The notes beneath the pieces were generated by a model, which had not been told where the DNA came from, did no database searches, and worked only from the letters and a program-made list of their open reading frames with translations. Source: a virus (taxonomy: Duplodnaviria; Caudoviricetes). From it: a stretch of 33,895 bases of DNA. Both the position numbers and the translations under genes were made by a program. Location of the stretch: positions 1-33,895 of IMG/VR virus record IMGVR_UViG_3300029309_000155. The stretch is one strand, 5' to 3'. The first letter of the stretch is position 1, and every line of letters begins with the position of its first letter. Below are positions 1-10,200 of this stretch, one piece after another.

Positions 1-1
1 T

Positions 2-781
2 ACAGCTACAAGGCACATATTAAATGCGAGCTTGTATATTACCAGAAGATTAGCAGAGGGTATAGTATTAAGAACAGCTGATGTTTTAGAATATTCAGAG
101 TTCAAAGACCAGTTTGCTATGCAAATTGGTAAATATAATTTAAACTTACTTGAAGATATTAAGAATTTATATCTGTATAGTTTCGGTATATTTTTAGAGT
201 TAGCACCAGATGAAGAGGAAAGAGCGATGCTTGAAGCAAACATACAAATGGCTTTATCTAAAAATGATATCAATTTAGAAGATGCGTTAGATATTAGAGA
301 GATTCATAATCTCAAAATGGCTAATCAACTTTTAAAAACTAAAAGAAAAAGAAAGGCTGCTATGGAACAGCAGCAAGCACAGATGCAACAAGCTGCTCAA
401 GCGCAAATGCAACAACAAGCAGCAATGATGGCTGCACAAACCGAGCAACAAAGAATAGCTGCAGAAACTCAATCTAAGATGCAAATAAAACAAGCTGAGA
501 TTGCTATGGAAATAGAAAAAATGAAAAACGAAGCTATGTTAAAATCGCAACTTATGGAAACTGAATTTGCCTATAACATGCAGTTGAAAGGCATTGAACA
601 ATCTCAAATAGACAAAAGAGAAGCAGCAAAAGAAAGAGGAAAATCAGATAGGATTAGTCAAGCTAACACACAGCAATCCAAACTTATTGAACAAAGAAAA
701 AGAAACTTACCAGCAGTAAAGTTTGAATCAAACGAAGACACTTTAGATGGTTTTGATTTAGCAGAGTTTGGACCTAAATAA
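2..781 (+). CDS. Portal protein, C-terminal part (5' truncated by window)
   Basis: Frame is open from base 2 (TATRHILNASL...), so the TTG at 32 is not the true start. Gln-rich coiled-coil C-terminus; lies upstream of the scaffold and capsid genes. Confidence 0.75.
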   Translation, partial: TATRHILNASLYITRRLAEGIVLRTADVLEYSEFKDQFAMQIGKYNLNLLEDIKNLYLYSFGIFLELAPDEEERAMLEANIQMALSKNDINLEDALDIREIHNLKMANQLLKTKRKRKAAMEQQQAQMQQAAQAQMQQQAAMMAAQTEQQRIAAETQSKMQIKQAEIAMEIEKMKNEAMLKSQLMETEFAYNMQLKGIEQSQIDKREAAKERGKSDRISQANTQQSKLIEQRKRNLPAVKFESNEDTLDGFDLAEFGPK

Positions 782-787
782 TTTTCT

Positions 788-1342
788 ATGGATAGTATTC
801 CTTCTATGTTTAGTGGTTTCAATATCAAAAAATATAAGTCAATAAAATATCCTTCAGATATTAGTTTGAAAACTCTTAATGAAATAAAATCATTACAAAC
901 TCAAAAATTAGATATACCATTTGCTAACAAGTATGACGATATACATGAGTCGTTTAAACGTCTTTTTGTAAATAGAAAAAGAGAATATCCTTCTGAGTTA
1001 GTTATGGATTTAATAGGTAAATCCAAACCTATAATAATGCGTATAAAAAATTATCACGACAGGAAAAGACCAAACGTATTAGCTAAAAACTTTGGCATAG
1101 ATTTAAAATATCATAAGATGGATAGTGCTCAAACTCCTGCATTTCCTTCTGGACATTCTGCTCAAAGTAAATTAATAGCTTTAGTTTTATCTGACATGTT
1201 TCCTGAAATGAAAAAAGAGTTTACACAGGTTGCAGAAAATGTTTCTAAAAGCAGAATTGTTGCCAGGGTACATTATAAATCTGATAAAGACATAGGTGAA
1301 AAATTAGGACAAGATTTATATAATCACCTAAATAACGCCTAA
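788..1342 (+). CDS. PAP2 / vanadium haloperoxidase-superfamily phosphatase, soluble
   Basis: All three catalytic motifs are present: K-x6-RP (KNYHDRKRP), PSGH and SR-x5-H-x3-D (SRIVARVHYKSD). No obvious signal peptide or TM helix. Confidence 0.85.
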   Translation: MDSIPSMFSGFNIKKYKSIKYPSDISLKTLNEIKSLQTQKLDIPFANKYDDIHESFKRLFVNRKREYPSELVMDLIGKSKPIIMRIKNYHDRKRPNVLAKNFGIDLKYHKMDSAQTPAFPSGHSAQSKLIALVLSDMFPEMKKEFTQVAENVSKSRIVARVHYKSDKDIGEKLGQDLYNHLNNA

Positions 1343-1363
1343 AATTGGTAAATAAATATTGTT

Positions 1364-1371
1364 TAATTTTG
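1364..1371 (+). promoter_or_regulatory. Bacteroidota sigma-A -7 element (TAATTTTG)
   Basis: Matches TAnnTTTG, intergenic, 16 nt before the ATG at 1388. Confidence 0.55.
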
Positions 1372-1387
1372 TTAAAAATTTAATCTA

Positions 1388-2527
1388 ATGGAAATAAAAG
1401 TAAAAGCAGTGGACGGTAACACTCAAAAATCAAAAGCCGAAATAGAAGAGCAGTTGTTAAAAAAACACGAAGCTCAACAACAAGAAACTCAAGCGGAGGA
1501 AAAACCTGAAAAGGTTGAACCAAAAGCAGAAGAGAAGGAGAAACCAGCTGAGGAAACTCCAGCTGTAGAAGAAAAAACTCCCTCGTCAGAGTTAAATGAC
1601 GAACATGTTCTTAATTTTATTAAAGAGAGGTACAACAAAGACATCAACTCAGTTGAAGAATTATTTGAAACTAAAGAATCAAATCCAGATTTACCTGAAG
1701 ATGTTAAATTGTATTTTGATTATAAGAAAGAAACAGGCCGTGGAATCGAGGACTTTTATAAATTACAAAAGAACTACGATGACATGGATGAAGATTCGGT
1801 TTTAGCTGATTATCTTGGTGTTCAAGAAGAAGGTCTTGACGCTATAGATATTCAAGATATCATGGACGACAGATTCGGATACGATAGTGAAGAAGATGAC
1901 GAAAAAGATATTAAGAAGAAAAAGTTAGCTAAAAAGAGAGAGCTTGCAAAAGCAAGAAAGTTTTTTAAAGAACAGAAAGATAAGTATAAAGTTCCCCTTG
2001 AGTCAAGTGGGGGTGGATTATCTGATGAACAAGAAAACAATCTTAATGCTTACAAGACAATGTTAGAGGAATCTAACTCTCAGAAGGAAAGCTTCCAGCT
2101 TATGAGAAAAAATTTTGAGGAGCGTACAAACAAAGTGTTTGGCGAAGAATTCAAAGGTTTTGAGTTTAACGTTAGCGACGACAAATCAATTCTCTATAAA
2201 CCAGGGACTGCTGAAGAATTAAAGAACAAGCAAATGGATTTTAATAATTTCATCTCAAAATATAATGATGAGAATGGACTTATGAAAGACGCAGCAGGAT
2301 ATCACAGAGCTATGTCAATAGCCATGAATCCTGAAAAGTTTGCAAAGTTCTTTTATGAGCAGGGTGTTGCTGCAACAGTAGATGATGTAGCAAGAAAATC
2401 TAAGAATATCAATATGGATGTTCGTAGAGCCCCGCAACTTAGCACGAAAAATAGTTTAAAAATAAAAGCTGTAGGAGATACTTCGAGTGGTAGAGGTCTC
2501 AAAATTAGAAGTATTAAAAAAGTTTAA
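1388..2527 (+). CDS. Putative capsid scaffolding/assembly protein
   Basis: Very acidic and helical with a low-complexity N-terminus; directly upstream of the major capsid gene. Confidence 0.6.
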   Translation: MEIKVKAVDGNTQKSKAEIEEQLLKKHEAQQQETQAEEKPEKVEPKAEEKEKPAEETPAVEEKTPSSELNDEHVLNFIKERYNKDINSVEELFETKESNPDLPEDVKLYFDYKKETGRGIEDFYKLQKNYDDMDEDSVLADYLGVQEEGLDAIDIQDIMDDRFGYDSEEDDEKDIKKKKLAKKRELAKARKFFKEQKDKYKVPLESSGGGLSDEQENNLNAYKTMLEESNSQKESFQLMRKNFEERTNKVFGEEFKGFEFNVSDDKSILYKPGTAEELKNKQMDFNNFISKYNDENGLMKDAAGYHRAMSIAMNPEKFAKFFYEQGVAATVDDVARKSKNINMDVRRAPQLSTKNSLKIKAVGDTSSGRGLKIRSIKKV

Positions 2528-2547
2528 CAAATTAAAATTATAAAGTT

Positions 2548-4026
2548 ATGGCAGTAAATATTAGCCCAGGCTTCGATTTACAACCTTCGGCTCAACAGGT
2601 TCCTGTTGAAACGAATTATATCAAAGATTTTGATTTCTTGAATCAGTATCTACCAGATACTTACGAGAAAGAATTTGAAAGATATGGTAATAGAAGCATT
2701 AGTTCATTCCTACGTATGGTAGGAGCAGAAATGCCTTCTAACTCTGACCTTATTAAATGGTCTGAGCAAGGAAGATTGCATATCAAATACAAAGCGTGTA
2801 CTTCTGGAGCAGCAGCAGGTACAGACGCTGGAGCAGTTTGGACAATTCCAAATAACATTACTAACTTTAATCCTGCGTTAGCTAACCCTAACACAGCGAG
2901 AGATGCTAAGAATGTTATTAGAGTAGGTCAAACTGTAATGATTTCAGACAACACTCCAGGTTCTACGTTACAAAACAAAGCGATTGTAACAGCTGGACCA
3001 ACTGACGCAAACCCTAACCAATTTACAGTAGCTTATTATGAAGCAGCTGGACAGGCTATGGCAGCGGGAGTAGCGTGTGATGTTTTCATTTATGGTTCTG
3101 AGTTCGCAAAAGGAACTGAAGGAATGTCTGGTTCATTAGAAGCAGATAGCTTCTTCTTTGACAACAAGCCAATTATCTTAAAAGATAAATACTCTGTATC
3201 AGGTTCTGATATGGCGCAGATTGGCTGGGTTGAAGTAAGTGGTGAAGACGGAGTAAGTGGATACTTATGGTATCTAAAGTCTGAGCACGATACAAGACTA
3301 AGATTTGAAGACTACATGGAAACAGCATTAGTTGAAGCAGTACCAGCAGAAGCAGGTTCTGGTGCTGGAGATGTCCTACAGGGATTAACTCCAGGTGGTG
3401 GTGGTTCAGTTGCTGGACTAAGTGGTTCTAAAGGTGTATTCTTTGAAGTAGGTGCAAGAGGTAATGTTTATGGTGGTGGTAACCCAACAACATTAGCAGA
3501 CTTCGACAGCATTATTCAAAGATTAGACAAGCAAGGTGCAATCGAAGAAAACGTAATTTTCTTAAATAGAAACTTCTCGTTTGATATTGACGATATGTTA
3601 TCCACACAAAACTCTTACGGAGGTGGTGGAACATCTTATGGTCTATTTGATAATGACGAAGAGATGGCACTAAATCTTGGTTTCTCTGGATTTAGAAGAG
3701 GTTATGACTTTTATAAGTCTGACTGGAAATACCTAAACGACCCAACAATGAGAGGTGGATTAGTAGCAGGTGGTATCAATGGACTATTAGTTCCAGCTGG
3801 TTCTACTTCAGTTTATGACCAAATACTTGGTAAAAACGCTAAGAGACCATTCTTACATGTAAGATATAGAGCTTCAGAAGCTGAAGACAGAAGATATAAA
3901 ACTTGGATTACTGGTTCAGCTGGTGGTGCGAGAACATCTTCTTTAGATGCTATGGAAGTTAACTTCTTATCTGAAAGAGCAGTTTGTGTATTAGGTGCAA
4001 ACAACTTCTTCTTATTCCAAAACTAA
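2548..4026 (+). CDS. Major capsid protein
   Basis: 492 aa; N-terminal FLNQYLPD.YEKEFERYGNR and W.EQGRLH motifs recalled from Bacteroidota podovirus capsid proteins; follows the scaffold gene and precedes a strong terminator. Confidence 0.8.
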   Translation: MAVNISPGFDLQPSAQQVPVETNYIKDFDFLNQYLPDTYEKEFERYGNRSISSFLRMVGAEMPSNSDLIKWSEQGRLHIKYKACTSGAAAGTDAGAVWTIPNNITNFNPALANPNTARDAKNVIRVGQTVMISDNTPGSTLQNKAIVTAGPTDANPNQFTVAYYEAAGQAMAAGVACDVFIYGSEFAKGTEGMSGSLEADSFFFDNKPIILKDKYSVSGSDMAQIGWVEVSGEDGVSGYLWYLKSEHDTRLRFEDYMETALVEAVPAEAGSGAGDVLQGLTPGGGGSVAGLSGSKGVFFEVGARGNVYGGGNPTTLADFDSIIQRLDKQGAIEENVIFLNRNFSFDIDDMLSTQNSYGGGGTSYGLFDNDEEMALNLGFSGFRRGYDFYKSDWKYLNDPTMRGGLVAGGINGLLVPAGSTSVYDQILGKNAKRPFLHVRYRASEAEDRRYKTWITGSAGGARTSSLDAMEVNFLSERAVCVLGANNFFLFQN

Positions 4027-4041
4027 TAAGAAGTAATTATT

Positions 4042-4079
4042 AATATTAGGGGAGGTATACTCCTCCCCTGATATTTTTT
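4042..4079 (+). terminator. Rho-independent terminator after the capsid gene
   Basis: Hairpin AATATTAGGGGAGG-TATACT-CCTCCCCTGATATT followed by a T run. Confidence 0.85.
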
Positions 4080-4104
4080 ATTAATCAAATTAAATTTAAA
4101 TAAA

Positions 4105-4863
4105 ATGAAAAAAGTAAAAGATAAATATTCCGATAAAGCTTATAGATTACTCTTAAAGCAAATACCGCTAACTTATATGTTAGCTTCAAGACACACTAAC
4201 AGGTCCCCTTTATTATGGTTTGATGAAGAAAAAGGAGTTAATAGGCCCCTTAGATATGCACGAAACCAGAAGTCTCCATTTGAAGATGAGCAAGATGGAA
4301 ATGCAGTTTTAGAACCAGTAATGTTTGAGGATGGTATGTTGTCAGTTCCAAGAAGCAATCAATCACTTCAAAAGTTTTTATATTACCATCCATCAAATGG
4401 TAGAGTATTCGAAGAGATTAACAATGAAAAAGATGCGGCTGAACAATTAGCATTTGTTGAAATGGGATTGGAAGCACAGATACTTGCAAAAAATTTAAAA
4501 GGCGATGAGCTTATTACAGTTTGTAGAGTATTAATGGGAGCGGCAGCTGATAGGTTAACTACCTCTGAATTAAAAAGAGATATCCTGTTGTATGCAAAAG
4601 ATTCACCACAAGATTTTATGGAAACTGTGAATGACCCTATGTTAAATTTATATAGTGAAACTGTACAGTTTTTTAATAATACGTGGTTAGTTTTAAGAAA
4701 CAATGGTAAAGATGTATTCTTTAATCTTCCTAAAAACAAAAACAAATTATTATCAGTGCCGTTTGGTGAAGACCATTATTACATAGTGGCTTCTTTCTTC
4801 CAAGGTGATGACGGTATTGAAACTTACAAGTTGTTATCCAAAAAGCTAAAAAAAGATAAATAA
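4105..4863 (+). CDS. Hypothetical protein downstream of the capsid gene
   Basis: 252-aa ORF with A-rich start context; LRYARNQKSPFEDEQ motif; position in the head module. Confidence 0.6.
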   Translation: MKKVKDKYSDKAYRLLLKQIPLTYMLASRHTNRSPLLWFDEEKGVNRPLRYARNQKSPFEDEQDGNAVLEPVMFEDGMLSVPRSNQSLQKFLYYHPSNGRVFEEINNEKDAAEQLAFVEMGLEAQILAKNLKGDELITVCRVLMGAAADRLTTSELKRDILLYAKDSPQDFMETVNDPMLNLYSETVQFFNNTWLVLRNNGKDVFFNLPKNKNKLLSVPFGEDHYYIVASFFQGDDGIETYKLLSKKLKKDK

Positions 4864-4870
4864 GGTTTCG

Positions 4871-4878
4871 TATCTTTG
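4871..4878 (+). promoter_or_regulatory. Bacteroidota sigma-A -7 element (TATCTTTG)
   Basis: Exact TAnnTTTG in the intergenic gap upstream of ORF 4910. Confidence 0.65.
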
Positions 4879-4909
4879 TGGTATTGTTTAACCCTTAAAT
4901 TTTTTAACT

Positions 4910-5239
4910 ATGATGAAATATTTAAAAATCAGTTTAAGTGATGCTTCGCATTTAATTCCTATTCAAAGTGTATTAGGTGTTGAAGTTGGTGCCGATACAG
5001 AAGTAAAGATTCTTTACAATGTGAGAGGGCACGGTGCAACAGGTGCTTCTGAGGTGTTAGGTGTAAAAATTACTGCTACTACAGCAAGTGATGCAGCTAA
5101 AACTAAAGAGCAATTAAATAGTATCGTTGATGCTATGGAAGATGCACTATCTACTGCGTGGACAAAACCTATCTATGTACTTGAGCCTAAGTATGCTGTT
5201 ACAGCTATTGCTCAAATAGAAGATGTGTGGGCTGCATAG
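4910..5239 (+). CDS. Small hypothetical protein, possibly virion/decoration
   Basis: 109 aa, Ala/Val/Thr-rich, bracketed by its own promoter element and terminator. Confidence 0.55.
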   Translation: MMKYLKISLSDASHLIPIQSVLGVEVGADTEVKILYNVRGHGATGASEVLGVKITATTASDAAKTKEQLNSIVDAMEDALSTAWTKPIYVLEPKYAVTAIAQIEDVWAA

Positions 5240-5261
5240 TAATCACTAAACATTAGTTATG

Positions 5262-5296
5262 AAAGGGGCTTAAACATTTAGGCCTCTTTTTTTTTT
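5262..5296 (+). terminator. Rho-independent terminator
   Basis: Hairpin AAAGGGGCTTAA-ACAT-TTAGGCCTCTTT (with G-U pairs) running into a T10 tract. Confidence 0.8.
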
Positions 5297-5299
5297 GCT

Positions 5300-5307
5300 T
5301 ATATTTG
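5300..5307 (+). promoter_or_regulatory. Bacteroidota sigma-A -7 element (TATATTTG)
   Basis: TAnnTTTG immediately after the terminator and 15 nt before the ATG at 5323. Confidence 0.6.
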
Positions 5308-5322
5308 TAAAAAGATTTACGG

Positions 5323-6285
5323 ATGATTAACTCAGTTAGAAATACAGTATTGGCTATTGCTAATAAAAATAATTACGGATACATATCTCCACAAGATTTT
5401 AATTTATACTGCTTACAGGCTCAAATGGATTTGTTTGAGGACTATTTCTATCAATATAATAATTGGATAAATAGAGAAAACGCAAGAACATCTGGAACAG
5501 GATATGCTGATATTATAAAAAACTTAGAAGAGGTAATAGATACTTTTTCAACTACAGCTTATTTAGCTCAACCAGCTGCTGACCTTAACAATCAATATAA
5601 TTTACCTGCAGACTATTATTTAATAAATAAAATATTTTATTATCCAACATTAAGAGTTAGTGGCACGACAACTGCAGCAAATGTAAATCAGTTAATTGAT
5701 GCAACTCAAACTTTTACAACTTCAGTATCAGTAGGAGATATAATAACTAATACCACGGATAATACTTCTGCATATATCACAGCTATTGTTAGTGATACAA
5801 CCTTAACAATAAGTTCTGATATAATGGCAAACGCGGAAACATATAATATTTATGACCAGTACAATATTACAGAAGTCGAAAGAGTTAATCAAAATAAAAT
5901 ATTTTATTTAACAAGTTCTAATCTTACTTATCCTACATCGCAGTATCCTGCGTATGTTTTAGGAGGAGCAAGTTCAAATACAACACCTGGTGTTTTAGGA
6001 AACACTATAACTGTTTATCCCAATACAATTACACAAGGTGGTGCTATTCAAGCACAATACATTAGATATCCATTAGCTCCGAATTGGACCTTTTTAAATA
6101 CATCTGGTCAAGACCCTATATTTAATCCAGCTGCTGCTGATTTTCAAAACTTTGAATTGCCAGCATCTGACGAACCAAATTTAGTTGCAAAAATTTGTCA
6201 ATACATAGGTATAGAAATTAGAGAAGATTCGGTATACAAATTTGGGCAAACAGAAGAATTAACAGATACACAAGAAACAAGCTAA
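5323..6285 (+). CDS. Putative tail tubular / head-tail connector (ring) protein
   Basis: N-terminal NKNNYGYISPQDFN and C-terminal QYIRYP..P.W...FELP motifs; first gene of the tail operon. Confidence 0.6.
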   Translation: MINSVRNTVLAIANKNNYGYISPQDFNLYCLQAQMDLFEDYFYQYNNWINRENARTSGTGYADIIKNLEEVIDTFSTTAYLAQPAADLNNQYNLPADYYLINKIFYYPTLRVSGTTTAANVNQLIDATQTFTTSVSVGDIITNTTDNTSAYITAIVSDTTLTISSDIMANAETYNIYDQYNITEVERVNQNKIFYLTSSNLTYPTSQYPAYVLGGASSNTTPGVLGNTITVYPNTITQGGAIQAQYIRYPLAPNWTFLNTSGQDPIFNPAAADFQNFELPASDEPNLVAKICQYIGIEIREDSVYKFGQTEELTDTQETS

Positions 6286-6286
6286 G

Positions 6287-7201
6287 ATGACATATATAAA
6301 TCAATATCAATATTACACAAACAATGGTAACGCTCCTGATGATGCTAATTGGGGGTCTTATCAATATGTGTCTTTACAAGACATAGTAAATAATTTTATG
6401 TTGATGTATCAAGGAAATCATGAATTAGTAAACAACATTAATAGGTTTCAAATATTATTTCATGCTAAGCGTGGTATTCAAGAGTTGAACTATGACGCCA
6501 TGAAAGAAATAAAAATATTACAGTTAGATGTGGATAGCTCTTCCAGATTTATTTTACCATCTGACTATGTAAATTGGGTTAGAATATCTCAATTTAGAAA
6601 TGGTGTGTTATATCCTATGAGCGAAAATATACAAACTAATTGGAGCTCTGCATATTTACAAGATAATAATAGTAGAATATTATTTGACCAAGATGGAAAT
6701 GCTTTGAGCCCTCAAGATTCTGAAGTTGATTTAAGCAGGGGTAGAGTGGGGATATATTTAAACAGTAATAGCATGTTTCATAATTGTGAAGGAACTTGTG
6801 TTGATGGCTGTTGGTATTTTGATTACTCAGTTGGGGCACGATTTGGTTTAAACACGGAAACAGCAAATGTAAATCCTACATTTACTATTGATAAAAAAGC
6901 AGGAGTAATTAATTTTAGCTCATTAGGAGATACAGCTTCTGTGGTATTAGAGTATGTGTCAGACGGTATGGAAGGTGGAGATGATTCTAAAATTAGTGTA
7001 AACAAATTATTTGAAGAATATATATACGCATATATTAAATATTCCATTTTGAATAGTAGATTAGGAGTGCAAGAATATGTAGTAAGAAGAGCTCAAAAAG
7101 ATAAGTCTTCTTTACTTCGTAATGCAAAAATAAGATTAAGTAATATACACCCTGGTCGACTCTTAATGAATTTAAGAGGTCAGGATAAATGGATAAAGTA
7201 G
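6287..7201 (+). CDS. Putative virion structural (ring/adaptor) protein
   Basis: FHAKRGIQELNYD, LP.DYVNWVRI and LEYVSDG motifs; tightly coupled between the connector and stabilisation genes. Confidence 0.55.
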   Translation: MTYINQYQYYTNNGNAPDDANWGSYQYVSLQDIVNNFMLMYQGNHELVNNINRFQILFHAKRGIQELNYDAMKEIKILQLDVDSSSRFILPSDYVNWVRISQFRNGVLYPMSENIQTNWSSAYLQDNNSRILFDQDGNALSPQDSEVDLSRGRVGIYLNSNSMFHNCEGTCVDGCWYFDYSVGARFGLNTETANVNPTFTIDKKAGVINFSSLGDTASVVLEYVSDGMEGGDDSKISVNKLFEEYIYAYIKYSILNSRLGVQEYVVRRAQKDKSSLLRNAKIRLSNIHPGRLLMNLRGQDKWIK

Positions 7202-7202
7202 T

Positions 7203-10200
7203 ATGCCAATAGTAACCACAAATTTTATTAAAGGACGTATGAATAAGTCTGTGGATGAAAGACTTCTTCCACCTGGCGAATATGTCGATGCCGTAAATGT
7301 AAGGTTGGGTTCTACTGAAACCACTGAGGTTGGAGCAGTAGAAAACAGTAGAGGTAATACAAGATTGACTACTTTATCGTTTCGTGGTGTAGAGTTATCC
7401 AGTAAGGCTACCTGTATCGGGGCATATCAAGACAGTGCTAACGAAACACTTTATTGGTTTGTTCATGACCCAGAGTATAACGATGGGGGAAAACTCAGAA
7501 AGCTTGATTTAATTTTGTCATATAATACAAATGCAAATACGCTTAGATATCACGTAATCACTTTTAACGTATTAAATTTTGACCCACAATTTTTAATGAC
7601 TGCGGTGGAAAAAATTGAAGACCTACTTTTCTTTTCAGATAATTTAAATCCACCAAGAAAAATAAACATAACTCACAGTTATGATTTTCCTATCGGTAAT
7701 GTAGACCAAATAGTAGATGAAGATATAAATGTGATAGTAAAACCACCTGGTTATGAGTTCGAACCAGGAGTAACTCCAACTGCTGACATACCTTTACCAG
7801 CTCCAACGTTTGTTGGTTTAAACTTGCCAGGTTCAGAAAACTATATAGAGGATAGATTTTTATCTTTTGCTTACAGATATAGATATGAAAACAACGAATA
7901 TAGTGCTACATCATTATTTTCAAATCCTGCTTTTTCTACAAATGCTTTTAAATTTAGTGTGAAAAATTACAACAATGAAGGAATGACAAACAGGTTTAAT
8001 GCTGTGGATATATCCTTTAGTACAGGGAGTGAAAGAGTTAAAGAGGTAGATTTATTGTTTAAAGATTCTGGCACGAATAATATATTTGTTATCGAAAGAT
8101 TTAATAAGTTAGAACAAGGTTGGGCTGATAATTCAATACATACTTTTCAGTTTAACAATAGTAAAATATATTCAGTATTAGGTAGTGATGAGTTAGGAAG
8201 ACTATACGATAACGTCCCGATAAAAGCAAGAGCTTTAACTATAATGGGCAATAGATTAATTTATGGCAACTACGTTGATGGTTTTAATATAACGAATGAA
8301 AACAACCAGCAAATAGCTATCAATTATAGTACAGAGCTGGTAACAAAAAATGTTGATTTTGAAGAGTTAGATACTGCAACTATAGCTAATGGAGATAATT
8401 ATACTATTGACCCAAATCAAACAGTCGCGGCTTCTAATGCCGTTGCTCAAATAGATTTAACTCAAATAGCAACAAAATTAAAAAAGAATTCAGTTTTAAA
8501 TATAAGTATATTATTAGAGCATTCTAATTTAAGCGGAACTACAGGAGAACAATGTTTTCAAGACAATATAAATTTTAGTCAAGGCGTAATTAATTTTGAT
8601 GTAAGTATTACTCTACAGCAAGATTATGCAAACGTTTATGACTTTTCTCAAAGTGCTGATTTTAGAAACGGAATAGGAACACAGCTGGGTGTTAATTTTC
8701 AACCGATGGCCAACGCCAGTCAGGGAGGTTCTCTAACTGATAAGTTCAATAATGATTTAGCTATACCTTCTATTACTTGTACCTTTACAAAAGTAATTAG
8801 TGGAATAGATAGCTCCACTGACCAACAAGGGTTTAGAATTACAGCTACTCCTGGTAGTAATGTAATAGGTTTACAGACCATAGCAATGAAGTTCAATAGC
8901 GCAGCTGGCGCACCAAATCCAAATCCTACTGATTTGTATGAATATTTTAGAATCGTTTCTGCAGATGTAGCTTTTAGCTCAGCGTCATTTACAGGTTCAT
9001 TACATAGCAATAGAGACTTTGCTACTGGTATTGTTTATTTGGATGAATATGGAAGAGCTTCGACAGTACTGACCTCAAACTTTAATACCATAAGTATACC
9101 TACAGCTAACAGTATAACTCTTAATAGCATAAAAGCGACTGTACAGAATTTTGCACCATCATGGGCGCAAAGGTATAAGTTTGTGGTGAAACCAAGTAAA
9201 GGAAATTATGAAACAATATTTTCTAATTTTTATTATACTGTGCAAACCTCACAAGTTACTTATTTTAAATTAGAAGGTGACAATCAAAACAAAGTTAAAA
9301 CAGGAGATACGTTAATTGTAAAAACAGACGTAGGTGGACCTATAACAGAGGTTGTAAAAGCAAAAGTTCTAAATGTTGAAGCTCAAGCAAGAAACTTTTT
9401 AGATGATGACCAAGGATTGGGTGCTAATACTTTTCAATTACCTGGTTTGTATATGGAAATAAAACCTTCAGGCTTTAGTGTTAACATACCAGATGATGCA
9501 GTTATTGATGCTGGCGAAGAGAAAACAACAGGTACTGGTAATGATGGTACGTGTAAACATGGTATACGTTATCCTTTATTTACAACCGATAGTGGAGGTG
9601 TAACAGAAAATTATTCAATACCTGCTGGTTCAGCGATTGATATAAATATAAGGATTAATCGAAATGAAAGAGGGAGTAGATGTGAAGGATATGAATGGAA
9701 ATGGAGGCAAACTTTATTTTCATCAGCTGATTATCCAGACTTTAGAAGATGGTGGATAGGAGACCAAGTCAATCCTGCTAACGCATCCCCTGGAGAAATA
9801 CAATCCTCTGGGACTATAGATGTAGTAAATAAATCAGCAGTAGGTAGTTTTTCTGTTGGAGTTCCAGGTGTTACTTGTACAGATAACAGCGGTGCAAATA
9901 TGAGTAATAACACTATATTTTTTCAATTTGTACAAGATGTTGTGGGAGACCCAGCATCAAAACTCGGTTTAGTTGTTAAAACTAAAAAGCAAGGATGTTC
10001 AGGCTTTCAACCTTTTTCCAGAAGAAGAAACGTTAATGTAAGATGTGAGATTGTTGTTACAAGAGCAAACTCAATGATAGTGTTTGAAACCGAACCAGTA
10101 GATTCAAGCCCAGATATATTCTTTGACGCTTCGGATTCATATCCTGTAATTAGAGACACGGTTACTGGTAACTTTTTACATCAAGCTCCTAACGGAGATG

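Noticed and set aside
360-440. CAG/CAA/GCA-rich repeat-like DNA
   Set aside because: Encodes the Gln/Ala-rich portal coiled coil; not an independent repeat element.
1596-1805. 69-aa +1-frame ORF nested in the scaffold gene
   Set aside because: Reads like the K/M/T-rich shadow of GAA/GAT-rich codons, with no recognisable motif or GC shift. This is also the null model against which the nested ORFs in the giant gene must be tested.
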